Of a DNA stretch of 64,000 bases, positions 24,701 to 35,595 are shown piece after piece. The notes under the pieces were generated by a model, which saw only the letters and a list, made by a program, of their open reading frames with translations, ran no database searches and was not told the DNA's origin. The DNA is taken from positions 186,001-250,000 of the forward strand of contig OZ287702.1 in assembly GCA_965649825.1 (NCBI GenBank), written 5' to 3'. The first letter of the stretch is position 1. Each line of letters opens with the position of its first letter. Source of the DNA: Penicillus capitatus. Its lineage: Eukaryota; Plantae; Chlorophyta. The position numbers and the translations under genes were made by a program.

Positions 24701-27700
24701 TGAGAGCGTTCCCATCTCAGGGAGAGGACCCCGAAGATAGACAGCTGTCCCATCATCTGTGGATCAAGGGGACTCAGCTTTTCCTGGAGACTCTCTTGGG
24801 TATCGATTCTCTTTCCTCGATTGACGAAAGGGAGACACTCATCAAAGACGTTGGATCTCTCCTAACAGAAACTGACCTGCAAAAGCTGGTGCTGTCCGTG
24901 CTTTCCAAGCTGCACTTAGAATTTCTGGATCCGTATCTTCAATCTCTCATTAAAATGACAGAGAAAGCGGGAGTCAAACATGCTCTCATCCATTTCCAGC
25001 TAACCGTCGATGGTGGAAGCATTGCAGCCGTTGACAGAGAACAGCTCATTCCTGTCATCACCCGCCTGCTCTTTCCAAGTATCGCGACGAAAAAGAAAAG
25101 ACGCGGAGATGCTGTTCTCTCTTATCTCTCCAGTGCCGAACCAGATGACCTGCTCACCCTCATCGAACTCTGTTTCCGCCCTTGGGAGAATCTTCTCCAG
25201 CAACAGGCCCAAGACCGAGAACGTCTGTCGAGATCTCTAAAATTTGACATGTTTGATCATCCCTGGTGGTCCTCTTTTCTGCAGAATAGCTCCTTGGAGT
25301 TTTGGGTGCAGAGAGTTAAACTCGATCTCGCAACGGCAGTGGATCGTACGAAGCTTTTGCATTTGGGTATGGTCTTCAAAGTGAAGCGCATGTATTGACA
25401 GGCATTGCTGTCTGTCTAGTTGACATTCTGGTGTTCAACGTGGGACACAAGCTCCAACCATATCTCACCTTCCTGTTGATGTGGCCGATTTCGATTATCA
25501 GGTTTTACCTGGATAACGAGGAGGAAGAGGATTCTTGTGACCTGCAGCTTCGCTGTGTCGCCCTTCTGTCCAGTTTCCTCGAACAGTTCTCCGAATCGTG
25601 TGCATCGCATGTATTCTTGTTGGAGATCCTGACCAGCATCTCACACCAGCTCATTGCTAGATTCATGGACACAAGCACAACAGCAGGGTAAGATCGCATC
25701 AGAAACAGATCACCGTCTGATGATGTGATAAAGGATGTTTGCCACGGCAGAGCTTCTGCATTCCGTACTTGCCATTCCGCATTTCGCACGAGAAATGAGT
25801 TCTTCTACAGAGGCAGATACAGGCACAGATACACTGACACAGTTGTTGTCTCCAGTCTTTGCGCTGTTGTCGAATTCTGAATCATCTCGAGAGCGACAAC
25901 GTCTGGTCCTGGATATTGTGGATCTCTGCGTCGGGTACGAAGAACAGCAGATTCTTCAGCTCAGCGTCCCATTTCTGCACGGATTGCTCGTTAACATGAA
26001 AGACTACATCGATGCGACGACAACTAAGCATCGTCCGAATGCAGAGGATGTGCATCGAGCGCTCGGAATCTTGGAGCGACTGCTGCAGCTGGATCATTGC
26101 CAAGAGATACTGCATCCACTATCCCTTGCCCTTTTTGCCTTTCTCAAGACATCTCGATCAGATCCATCTGTTCTGCCGATTCTGAACTGCCTGACGAGTC
26201 TTTTCCTAAAGGCATCGCAGACAATAGATGCTCTCTTTTCTGCCGACGAGCTCTGGAGCTTTGTTTCGGTTTTGGCCGCCAAAGTGCTAAAGATTCAAGC
26301 AAGAGAATGCAGATCAAAGCTATCGGATGTTTTCATCGCCTTGTCTGCGCATCTGCCTTCCTTTGTGTTCTCTGCCGAGATCTTTGCATCTCTGTGCAGC
26401 TTCGTTCCCTATCAAGTCGATGAGATTGATTACGACCGGAGACTGGATGCATTCAGAACACTGACAGAATCTTTCTGGAGTCTGGAAAAGCAGGAAGAAG
26501 CAGATCTTCTGTTGAATGCCTGTCTGTTCGAAATGCAGAATGAGAAAGACTTCACATTGAGGCAGGCTGCATCTGCTGCACTGCAAAAGTACTCTATTCT
26601 GTTTGACAGAGCACAGCATCTGATGTCCTTTTCTGTAGAGTGGTGACCTCCTGTGATCCAGAAGCAATTGGCATGCTGGATGCTCTGTCTCTGAAAAGAT
26701 GGCTCTTCGACAAACTCATTCAGTCTATTGCCAAATCTTGTCTGGCTGTTCGCCAGGAACAGTTGGTCGTTGTCTGGACCATTATCGACGAGGACAAAGA
26801 CAGTGCTTACAGATGGAAGAAGTATCTGTTTAGCAAAGACACGGAGCAAGATTTCTTTCATAATGTTGCCAATATCAAGGTCTCCCGTCGCATCAAGGCC
26901 TGGAAACGGGTCACGAACCACCTGGAGAGCCATTTGTCATGTATACGTGATAGGAGGGATCGAACAGTGCCGCCAGAGCTTATTGAAATGGCAAAACTGT
27001 TAACGTCCTTACTGCTGCAGACCATCTTCGAAGGAGACAGAAATGAAAAGACCAAGACCAGACTGCACCATTTCGTAAGTCCGAGTCCCCGAATCTTCAT
27101 TCTGAATGTTTATATAGGCGACTCGAGCACGAGAGGCATGTTTGGTTGACATCGGTGCCCAGACTCTATCAAATGTGGCATGTCTGTTGCCATGGCCCCC
27201 GTACCGTAAGCTCTTGAATCAGATGTTGGCATTGGTCAGGAAAGAAGAACATCCCACGAAAGGAATGGTCCGAGCGCTCTGTGTTGTTGTGGACGCCTGT
27301 TACTCGAATGCACGAACAAACCAAACAGCAGGTGGCAGAAATGACTCTTCTGTTGCACCCGCTGACAGTGAGACCATAGACGAAGACAACAGCAAGACAA
27401 GTTAGAATCCATGACGAAAGTTGCTCGTTAGAAGGACTGGTTGTCTTTTGCAGATGACGAGGAAAGAATGTCCGAGTATCTGTTTGCAAACGTGTTGCCG
27501 GTGCTTGACAGTCTCTTGCTCAATCGAGCAGAAGATAGAGCATGTCTGCCAGTGGCTGTATCGCAAGCCAGGATTCTAGCATCCAGGTCAGAGACAGACT
27601 GTTCGGATCTTCGAGGTTCGTCTTGGAAAACAGTTTGCCAGTCGTTCATTTCGGTTATTGGTGTGGCAGGTTTCCTGTTGAAACTGGCACATCTGTTGCT

Positions 27701-30700
27701 GTGCCGAGAGCAGTCTATGAGAGACGATGCGCGGAAAGTCTTTGTAGCCGTATCCGTTGCCGTGGGGTCTCGATTTTTGCACCAGTGCATTCAAGCGCTC
27801 ATCAGTGCGCTTCCAATGAAAGGATACATGGCACATGTCCTCGATCACACCCTATTCTCAGTGAGATTCCCCAACGACATGAAGCGCTAGGCAGACAAGG
27901 GTTTATCATTAGGTTCTGGAAACGGTTGGCGAGCAGCCTTATGCCACAGATGTGGATATGGTTATGCACTTGGTGCTTCCGTTGATTGACCATTCCTTGT
28001 TTGGTGAATCTGCCGAAGCACGGGGTGCCAAAGAGTTTGCATCCAAGTATCGTGAAGCCAAAAGCACACGGTCGAAAGAAACCTTCTATCTACTTTGCAA
28101 ACACTGCACGTTCAAAACACAAAGCCTCGCCATCAAGCAATTCCTCGAAGGTGGCAATCGTGCTTGCGGTTTCACATCTGAATCCAGATGTGTAATGGAG
28201 TAGAGGAGATCATGAAGTGTCATCTCCTGTGGCGACGTCTGATTGTTGAGTCCCTGTTGGACTGCGCCGCACGAGGGTTCTTTGCGAATCCCACTGCTGG
28301 TCTTCCAGAAAAACTGGAGTTTGTTCGTAAGATTGCTCTCCAGGAGGTCACCGAAGAGAATGAGATCACCAAGTTGTTGGGGCCAGAGAACACTGACACG
28401 ATCGACCAATTGGAGCACAGCGTAGACCGACGGCGAAAGGATGTTCTTGCCAGGTATCCTTCAGTCAAGGCACCGAGCATACATGGATGGCAAACATAGG
28501 TATCGGCATTTGCTCTTGGAAATGACTGTCAATTTCTTGCGCATGTCGCTGAAGCATGCCTCAGTGTGCAGCGATACAACTCTAAGAGAGATCGATGCCT
28601 TTGTGCCTCTGCTCATCTCATGTCTGCACGGTCGTCGCGGAAAAGTGGCGAGCCTCTCGTTGAAGGCACTAACACACATGATTGCATTGCCACTCCCTTC
28701 GCTTAAAGACAACGCCGCTGAAGCGGGCAGTGCTGTTATTCGGCTGCTGGATGCTGTTCCGAACATGAACGATCCAGTTGCTCAAGACTGTCTGCGACTG
28801 TTGGCCAGAATCCTCCACGCAAAAGACTGGTTTCAACCGACATCCCTCCAAGTCAAATCTCATTCTTTCAATGCTTGGCAGCTTTCTGAGTGCTTACAGG
28901 TCAATTCTTTGCTGACATTGATTTCGGTGGATCTAGATGTTCGAACTGACCCACATGCGTCTTTTAGACTCCTTCGTTCCATCCTCGATCAAAAGATCGT
29001 TGTCCCCAAAGTCTATGATCTCATGAAACAGGTAAGAACGATCCACCATGGCAAGACGAGCAGTGTGTGGATTGGGGTGTTTGCAGATTCGGGAGATGAT
29101 GATTCAATATCTATCTGGTCCGATTCGGCAAATGGCGTCCAGTCTGTTTCTGCAGTTTCTCATGAACTATCCCCTTTCGGATCAGCAAGTGGAGCAGCAC
29201 ATCGTATTCACACTCGCAAACCTGGCATACGAATACGAAACAGGTTATCCGGCTCAACAGACCAATGATCTGAGTGCCTGTCACAGGTCGCGCTGAGGCA
29301 CTGGAAATGATTCGTCAACTTGTACAGAAGTTTCCAATCGAACTCGTGAAAGACAAACACGTGTTGATCTACGTGCCTCTTCTTCAGAGACTGCATCAAG
29401 AAACTGTCCCATCATTGAAGAAACAAACAGCCGAGGCAAAAACTACGTATCTTCTCGTCGCTGCGACGACCCAGATTCTTTTCGCAGGTTTTGTCGACCT
29501 TGTTTGCAAAACTACCAGAAAAGAGTATTGAAGAACTCATCAAGATGAATCTAACGTGGATAGAGACGCCATCCGATAGCCTACGCCTAATGGGCTTTCA
29601 GGCAATGTTTGTGTTAATGGAGAAGCATGCGCATCTCTGCAAGCATCACGAAGAAGTCCTGCTGCATCTTTGTCAGAAATGCCTGTCAACAAGAACATCT
29701 CTCGTCGCTTCGTACGACGCAGGCGAATCTCTTGAATGGAAGGGACTTTACTGTGCACTTCATTTGATGGAGTTGCTCTGTGAAGGGCCAACTCAACTCC
29801 TGCAGCCTCCCTTCGATGCTGAACCATGGGGCGGTATTGTGGAACTGTTGAGATTTCCGCACACCTGGATCCGTACCGTGTCCCTTCGTCTAATAGGCTA
29901 TGCGTTCAATGTCTTAGAGAGAAAGATCGATTCCCTGATGACGAAAGACTCCGTTGGACTCGTTGGGAATATGACAGCTTCACAGTTGGCATTCGCTTCC
30001 TACATGGTGTTGGAATCGAATGTCGTCGACGAAGGTGCTGCACTACAGAGCAGCAAGAACCTTGTATGGCTCGCTCCCATTCTCAATGTTCAGTCCGGCT
30101 GCCTACCGAGGAAGAATGAGATCGTCGTCGAAGACGAAGGCTTTCACTGTGAAGAGGCCGAAGGGCCACCTGGTTTATCCCTTATGGGTCTCATACGCCG
30201 CATGAATCGATATGCCAATGAACGATCCAAAACATCTGTTGGACTCCGGACAGCGTCTTTGAAGTTTCTGGCGGCTCTTGCCGTTCGGTTAAACAGTTAT
30301 CAGTGTTTGGAGCCATATCTCCCGCTTATGCTGGATCCTATTTACCGATTGGTGGAATGTAAGGAACTGCGCTCGACGGAGGAAGGTGCCAGGAATCTGG
30401 CAGAAGAAGTTATGGAGTACATAAGGGGAATCCTGGAGAAGGATATTTTTCTAAACGCTTATGCCACAGCCAAGAAGAACGTTGAGGAATCAAGAAAAAA
30501 ACGCAAGACTAAGGAGGCTATTCAGGTCATCTCTCTTTGCATTCTTCTGCGGTTCACTAGATCGTTTGTAGAGAGTTAAAAATCCAGAAGGAGCTGCGAA
30601 ACGCCGTTTGGAACAAAATCGCAAAAAATCGGCGTCCAAAAGACACAAGGCCTCTGTCGAGGAAGAAAAGATGGAGGCATCATCCACAGGGATCATGAAG

Positions 30701-30820
30701 GAGGAAAGGATGTTAGGTGAGGCAGAAGAGGAATTTGATATGGAGATGGCGGAGATCGACGAATCGGAGGAAGAAACAGAACGTGGCACCGTATCCAGAC
30801 GACAGCGCCTGGACGGATGA
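21762..30820 (+). CDS. UTP20: SSU processome component UTP20 (about 16 short introns)
   Basis: N-terminal FLEQALVHWRDNCVAEHF...PLSGSLAKIIH, a DRIM-like region (LIPVITRLLFP...DAVLSYL), LISALPMKGYMAHVLDHTL and C-terminal VKNPEGAAKRRLEQNRKK; ~9-kb HEAT-repeat gene. Confidence 0.9.
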
Positions 30821-30844
30821 GACAAGGCAGCCGACATGTTGTTT

Positions 30845-30921
30845 CTAGAATGCACATTTTTCCAAGAGGGTGATCGTCTCGACATGAGAGGTTTGGGGGA
30901 AGAGATCAACAGGGATGGCGG
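30845..30921 (-). pseudogene. rlmD: Displaced 3' end of the RlmD gene (AIPVDLFPQTSHVETITLLEKCAF*)
   Basis: Removing the element and one GCGG copy joins ...YCLKT to AIPVDLFPQTSHVE in frame, restoring the TrmA/RlmD D[M/L]FPxTxHVE motif; stop TAG at 30845-30847. Confidence 0.95.
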
Positions 30922-30994
30922 TGTGACGAGTCCTGAACGGCCAGACAAAATATTACAGGGATCGTGCATCATTCGGTCCATTAATCGCCCCACA
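30922..30994 (-). repeat. 3' LTR (73 bp)
   Basis: TGTGGGGCGATTAAT...GGACTCGTCACA on the minus strand, identical to the 5' copy; contains TGTAA. Confidence 0.98.
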
Positions 30995-31094
30995 AAGCTT
31001 CCACTGCGCTTCATTCCATCACGCCCAAAGCAAATATTAATAATGAAAATAATAAAGAATAAGTAATTCGGAAACTAACAAACTAAATGAAATA

Positions 31095-33935
31095 TTAGGC
31101 TGGTCGCAGGTGCGCCTTTCTCAACAAATTCCGATGCACGCGGATCGCCTTACTAGATTCTAACGATCGGGCTTCCCAGAAGTTATGGGCGATCTTTTGG
31201 GTGAGAATAAATGGCCCAGACCAGCGCGGCCTTAACTTCCCACTCCATTGTTTGTCCAGGCTAGCGTTGTAGACCCAAACTGTATCTCCATCCCGGAGTT
31301 CGTCTTCTGGGCTGTTGTCCTTGTAAGTCTTCCTTTCTTGATAACTGATGTTCTGATCCACTCCGCGGTGGCGCAAAGCCAGTACTGCAGCGACTCTCGT
31401 ACCGTCATCTCCGGCATACTGATGATCTACTGCCGCGGACGGTTCACTTGGATAAAACGACTCGAATCGGGGCTCGTAACCAAACATCATCTGAAACGAC
31501 GACAGTCCACTGATCTTGTTTTTACTCGAACGAAGCATCTGCTCGATTGATGGTAGGTAATGTGCCCACTTTTCTTCATGGTTCACCATTCTTCGAAGTC
31601 TCCGCAGCACCCCCTGATTCAATCTCTCACAACTCCCGTTGCATTGAGGAGTATACGCCGGTATCGATCTTCTACGGATGCCATGTTCTGCCAACCATGC
31701 TGTTACTTTCTTGGAGGCAAAAGCCGTAGCGTTGTCAGCGACGAACATAGAAGGGTTTCCGAAAAGGTGCGTCCACCTTTCTAGCATCTTCACGACTGCC
31801 TCGGATGATGCCTCGATCGTCGCTGACAACATGGGGAACCTCGTGCAAAGGTCGACGCATGCAAGTATGTATTTCTTTCGATTGTGGCTCTGGAGAGGCC
31901 CAATGAAATCCATTGCTATCGCTTCGTTTGCCTCGATCCACGACATGTTGCGGAAAGCTCGTGGCGTGTCCCTTCTCGCTTGCCTTTGACAGTTGATGCA
32001 TGTTCTCACATGCTGCTTCACATCTCGGTGGATCTCAGGCCAGTAAGCAAAGCGTCTTAGTCTTCTTTCGGTTTCAGCTTCACCATAATGACCTTGTCTG
32101 TCATGGGCATCGGTCAGCGCCTCTGTTTTGTCTTCATCGCGCTCCCAGCATCGCACCCATTGACACCCGTTGAAGTATTCGAGCTTCGAATTGCACATGC
32201 GAAAGTTCTTTGCTCGCTCCCGGATCCTTTTTTTCTTGATCTCGTTCCAGTTCTTCGGGTACGTATTGTTCAAGAGGAATTCGGGCAGGCTCTCGTACCA
32301 GCCATCCGGCGCAACGTCTTCTTGGACTTCCTCACCTTCCGCTGCGTGCTCGTTTTGCTTGGCCTGGTGACAGGTCTGCCTTCCTTGTTCGTTCTTCATT
32401 GGCTTGGGGTTCGTTAAGTTTGTTTGCCAAAACCTGGATCGAGACAGAATGTCCGCAATTGTGTTTTTTATACCGTCGATGTGATGTACACTGCCGGCTG
32501 ACAGGTTCAGCGAGTCCAAGAATCGCTGCACGACTAGGCTTTGGTTCTTGGGATTGGTTCCGTTCAATACCACCGTGGAGTCAGTGAATATCCGAAACTG
32601 CCGCCCGATGATGAAAGGTCTGCAGCTATGTAGCGATCTCTTCAATGCAAGCGCTTCTGCGTGTCCCGACGATTTAAATTTGGTCGCATCCAAATGACCG
32701 CAGCCCATGTGGACTAAGCGCTGTTTGTCTGCGTCAAACAGTGCGAACCCGTATCCATGTCCGCATGCATCGACGTACATATCGAGACGTTCGCTCGGGA
32801 TTCCTTGATTGAGATACCAGCACTTGTCGAATTGTCTGGTTATCTCTGCCCATTTGTCTTCATGTTCCTTCCAAAAACGGACGATCTGGTCACCCTTCCA
32901 TTTCAGCATCTTTTGCAGGAGCGCTAGGCTTGCAGTGTCGATCCGACAATGATTGAGCATGCACCTCATCAAGCCCAGCGCGGACCTGAGTTCTCGCACG
33001 TTTGTAGGCGGCGGCATTTGCTGGGCTCTGCTTCTGATGTCGTCTGATATGTTAACCCCGTCTTGCGACAGGGTTCGTCCGAGAAATTCGGTCTCACGTG
33101 CTGCCCACACGACCTTGCTGGGCTTTATCGTCCATCCATGTGATTTGAAAACTTCTAGACTTGTCATCACAGCGCGCACGTGGTCATCCATTCTGTCACT
33201 CGCTATGGCCAGATCATCGACGTAGCTTGCGATCTGAGCATTTATATCCCGCCTTCGAAATTCCGCACGGATGTCGGCCACCGTTTCGTTCACAGCCATC
33301 ATGAACCATGCACTGCTATTCTTCCATCCCATGGGCAGACGCGCAAATGCCCACAGCTCGCCTTTCCAAGAAAATACGAAATACGCTCTCGTGTCGAGGT
33401 CCAGCCCGATCTGAAAGTAACCTGAGGTCAGGTCAACCTTCGTGTAATACCTCTTTCCTGCCACGATCTCGATGGCTCCATCTCGGTCGAGAGGTACTGC
33501 TGGTGTTGCAGTCGTGAGGCAGTTGACGGCCCTGAAATCCATTACGATGCGACGGGCCAATTGCCCCTTTTTGTTCACCGAAAACCAGGGGATCAAATGT
33601 CTTATCTTGCCCCTGAAAGGCACCACGATGTCTTGACGAACGAGTTCCTCCAATTCTTCACACACGGAGTCAGTTTCGGCCTTTCGGATGTGCATGGCCC
33701 TCGTCGACACGTATCTGACTGCTCCACAAACATCGGCACGAGACAAACGCCACTTCTTAAACAATCCAATCTCGGCGGAGAGGACGTCAGGAAACCGCGT
33801 CTCGCACTCTGTTTGTAGGTCTGCAGCAGTCGTTGTCTTCTTAATCAAAGGAGCGTCATATGACTGCGTTATCACGCCCCCTGCTGAAAAAGTCTCGGCT
33901 TCCTCTGATGAGCGAGTGCACGGAAACTGCCATTG
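31095..33935 (-). CDS. Retrotransposon pol: RT - RNase H - integrase
   Basis: RT (RIVMDFRAVN, KVDLTSGYFQI, LPMGWKNS, YVDD), RNase H (YVDACGHGYG, EALA, IFTDS, NTIADILSR), integrase HHCC (AHDRQGH...CINC), DDE (AMDF, ADNA, NGSCER) and GPF motif. Frame is open from 33935 (after a TAG) with no nearby ATG. Confidence 0.97.
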   Translation of the reverse strand, partial: QWQFPCTRSSEEAETFSAGGVITQSYDAPLIKKTTTAADLQTECETRFPDVLSAEIGLFKKWRLSRADVCGAVRYVSTRAMHIRKAETDSVCEELEELVRQDIVVPFRGKIRHLIPWFSVNKKGQLARRIVMDFRAVNCLTTATPAVPLDRDGAIEIVAGKRYYTKVDLTSGYFQIGLDLDTRAYFVFSWKGELWAFARLPMGWKNSSAWFMMAVNETVADIRAEFRRRDINAQIASYVDDLAIASDRMDDHVRAVMTSLEVFKSHGWTIKPSKVVWAARETEFLGRTLSQDGVNISDDIRSRAQQMPPPTNVRELRSALGLMRCMLNHCRIDTASLALLQKMLKWKGDQIVRFWKEHEDKWAEITRQFDKCWYLNQGIPSERLDMYVDACGHGYGFALFDADKQRLVHMGCGHLDATKFKSSGHAEALALKRSLHSCRPFIIGRQFRIFTDSTVVLNGTNPKNQSLVVQRFLDSLNLSAGSVHHIDGIKNTIADILSRSRFWQTNLTNPKPMKNEQGRQTCHQAKQNEHAAEGEEVQEDVAPDGWYESLPEFLLNNTYPKNWNEIKKKRIRERAKNFRMCNSKLEYFNGCQWVRCWERDEDKTEALTDAHDRQGHYGEAETERRLRRFAYWPEIHRDVKQHVRTCINCQRQARRDTPRAFRNMSWIEANEAIAMDFIGPLQSHNRKKYILACVDLCTRFPMLSATIEASSEAVVKMLERWTHLFGNPSMFVADNATAFASKKVTAWLAEHGIRRRSIPAYTPQCNGSCERLNQGVLRRLRRMVNHEEKWAHYLPSIEQMLRSSKNKISGLSSFQMMFGYEPRFESFYPSEPSAAVDHQYAGDDGTRVAAVLALRHRGVDQNISYQERKTYKDNSPEDELRDGDTVWVYNASLDKQWSGKLRPRWSGPFILTQKIAHNFWEARSLESSKAIRVHRNLLRKAHLRPA

Positions 33936-34447
33936 CTAAGCTCGATGTGATGTCTCTCGTTCTCGTCCTCTAGCCCCACGTCAAACAACACCGTCCTGGG
34001 GGTTATTTTCAACGGCTCTGCCTTGTGATTCGTCACTAGGATTGAGCAGAAATCCTTGTATGTTCCGCCCAGTTGCGTGGAGAAGTGAGGATTGACCACG
34101 CCGTTTCTGCGCCATTTGTGCGGCGCATATAGTCCAACTGGCACCTTGATGAGTCGACGCTCCTGGGGTCCAAGGTACACGGATCGATTGGCAGAGAAGA
34201 CGACTCGATCGCCAGTGCGCACTGGCAGGACGTCGACCTCTTCGGTCATTCTCCCAATCGTCAATGCAGGTCGCTGTGCAGCAACAACCGGCTCTTGAGT
34301 GACCTTCTGGCACTGGAAGGTCCTTCCATTCATTACCACGGCCCTCTTCTTGGGATGCACTGTGGCGTCGTTGGCTTGAAGGAAATCCATGCCTAATAGG
34401 ATGTCGTAGCCCGGGTTGGCATCACCAGGCATTCCACAGAAAGAGTC
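33872..34447 (-). CDS. Retrotransposon ORF2: protease C-terminus plus degenerate dUTPase-like segment
   Basis: YDILLGMDFL (retropepsin C-terminal motif), then VYLGPQERRLIKV...GVVNP...ILVTNHKAEPLKITPRTVL, which follows trimeric dUTPase strand spacing without the catalytic motifs. Confidence 0.75.
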   Translation of the reverse strand, partial: DSFCGMPGDANPGYDILLGMDFLQANDATVHPKKRAVVMNGRTFQCQKVTQEPVVAAQRPALTIGRMTEEVDVLPVRTGDRVVFSANRSVYLGPQERRLIKVPVGLYAPHKWRRNGVVNPHFSTQLGGTYKDFCSILVTNHKAEPLKITPRTVLFDVGLEDENERHHIELSNGSFRALAHQRKPRLFQQGA

Positions 34448-35583
34448 CTATTCCACTGATTTCCCTTCAGCTTAGCCTTGATCGTCGCCTTTCTGCGGAT
34501 TTCGACCTGTGATCCATCCGCTATAGAAAGCCTGTTGTTGCAAGGCTCAGTTGGCAGTTCAAGCTTCTTGACGATCTCTTGACTGACGATCGACTTTTCG
34601 GCTCCTGTGTCGACAAGTCCCGTGGCAGCTAGGGTGACTATTCCTTCGTTGGGAAGGAGCACCATCGGGAGCTTCATGACACGTCCGGCCGCCTGCCTGC
34701 TTGTGCTTCCGCCATCTTTCCCTTGCGAGCAGTGAACTCGCGCAACACCGCACACGCCGTATTCCTCGTTCTCGGATCCGGATGGTTCATCATCGTCATC
34801 GATTCCTTCGATCATCTCAGGGATGTCCAAATCCGTAGCTTCCCGATCCAAGGTTGCTCTGTGAGCTTTGGGGCGTTGAGTTCGTCTCGCACTCGTCCCG
34901 CGATCCAAATACTCCAGGAAGCGTCTCATGCCAGCAGCTTCTCTGTGGCTGCTTTTCATTGCTTCTCTGGCCGCAACCATGAGTCTTCCAATGTTCGTTA
35001 TATTCTCGAAAAAGATCTTCCCATCGACCACTACCTTTCCGCTTGTAGGCTGTGCATTGCCCCCGCGTCTTACGAAGTTGACCGTCTGTTCCGTTTCTTC
35101 GTACGCCCGGGCGACGTCAATGTCCATAGCGTCAGGACTTTCCAAAGAGGACAGTTCTCGCACGAAATCCTCGAAGGAAGTTCCGGGCATTGTGCGTTTC
35201 AATCCCTTTGCTGTTACGCACCAATGTCGGACGAGACTCTCCAAGAAGATCTCAATCTTCTGTTCCTCGTTCAACCATGCCGACTGGAGTAGATCGGCAG
35301 CTGCCATGAATCGCACGATGTAGTCATTCAGATTCTCCCCATTTCTCTGTCGAATCTTTAACAGCTTTTGCCAGGCACCGGCCTGTGTCGGCTTCAGACG
35401 ATCGAGGAGGCGTTCTAGTATCTCCTTTGCTGTCAGGCTGGCTGGTAATGCCGCAGCATGCTTCAGGACTGCTCCTTCAAGTGACTGCATTAAGATCAGC
35501 CTCTCTTCTGGGGGCGAAAGCCCTGTCACTGAGCAATAGTCCTTAAAAAGTTTTCCGAACACGTTTATGTCCTCGAACGACAT
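34393..35583 (-). CDS. Retrotransposon gag (capsid) plus protease N-terminal part
   Basis: IRQRNGENLNDYIVRF (gag major-homology-like), DAMDID, and LVDTGAEKSIVS (aspartic protease active site). No CCHC knuckle seen. Confidence 0.92.
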   Translation of the reverse strand: MSFEDINVFGKLFKDYCSVTGLSPPEERLILMQSLEGAVLKHAAALPASLTAKEILERLLDRLKPTQAGAWQKLLKIRQRNGENLNDYIVRFMAAADLLQSAWLNEEQKIEIFLESLVRHWCVTAKGLKRTMPGTSFEDFVRELSSLESPDAMDIDVARAYEETEQTVNFVRRGGNAQPTSGKVVVDGKIFFENITNIGRLMVAAREAMKSSHREAAGMRRFLEYLDRGTSARRTQRPKAHRATLDREATDLDIPEMIEGIDDDDEPSGSENEEYGVCGVARVHCSQGKDGGSTSRQAAGRVMKLPMVLLPNEGIVTLAATGLVDTGAEKSIVSQEIVKKLELPTEPCNNRLSIADGSQVEIRRKATIKAKLKGNQWNRTLSVECLVMPTRATTSY

Positions 35584-35595
35584 TTTGCTTAGTTT

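Noticed and set aside
34459-34465. Perfect slippery heptamer G GGA AAT in the gag-PR frame
   Set aside because: A -1 shift here meets TAG (34448-34450) three codons later, so it cannot produce ORF2.
34448-34506. 59-nt CAG|GT...AATAG intron that would join gag-PR to ORF2 in frame
   Set aside because: It would delete the protease flap strands (VEIRRKATIKAKLKG), and the AG is simply supplied by the TAG stop.
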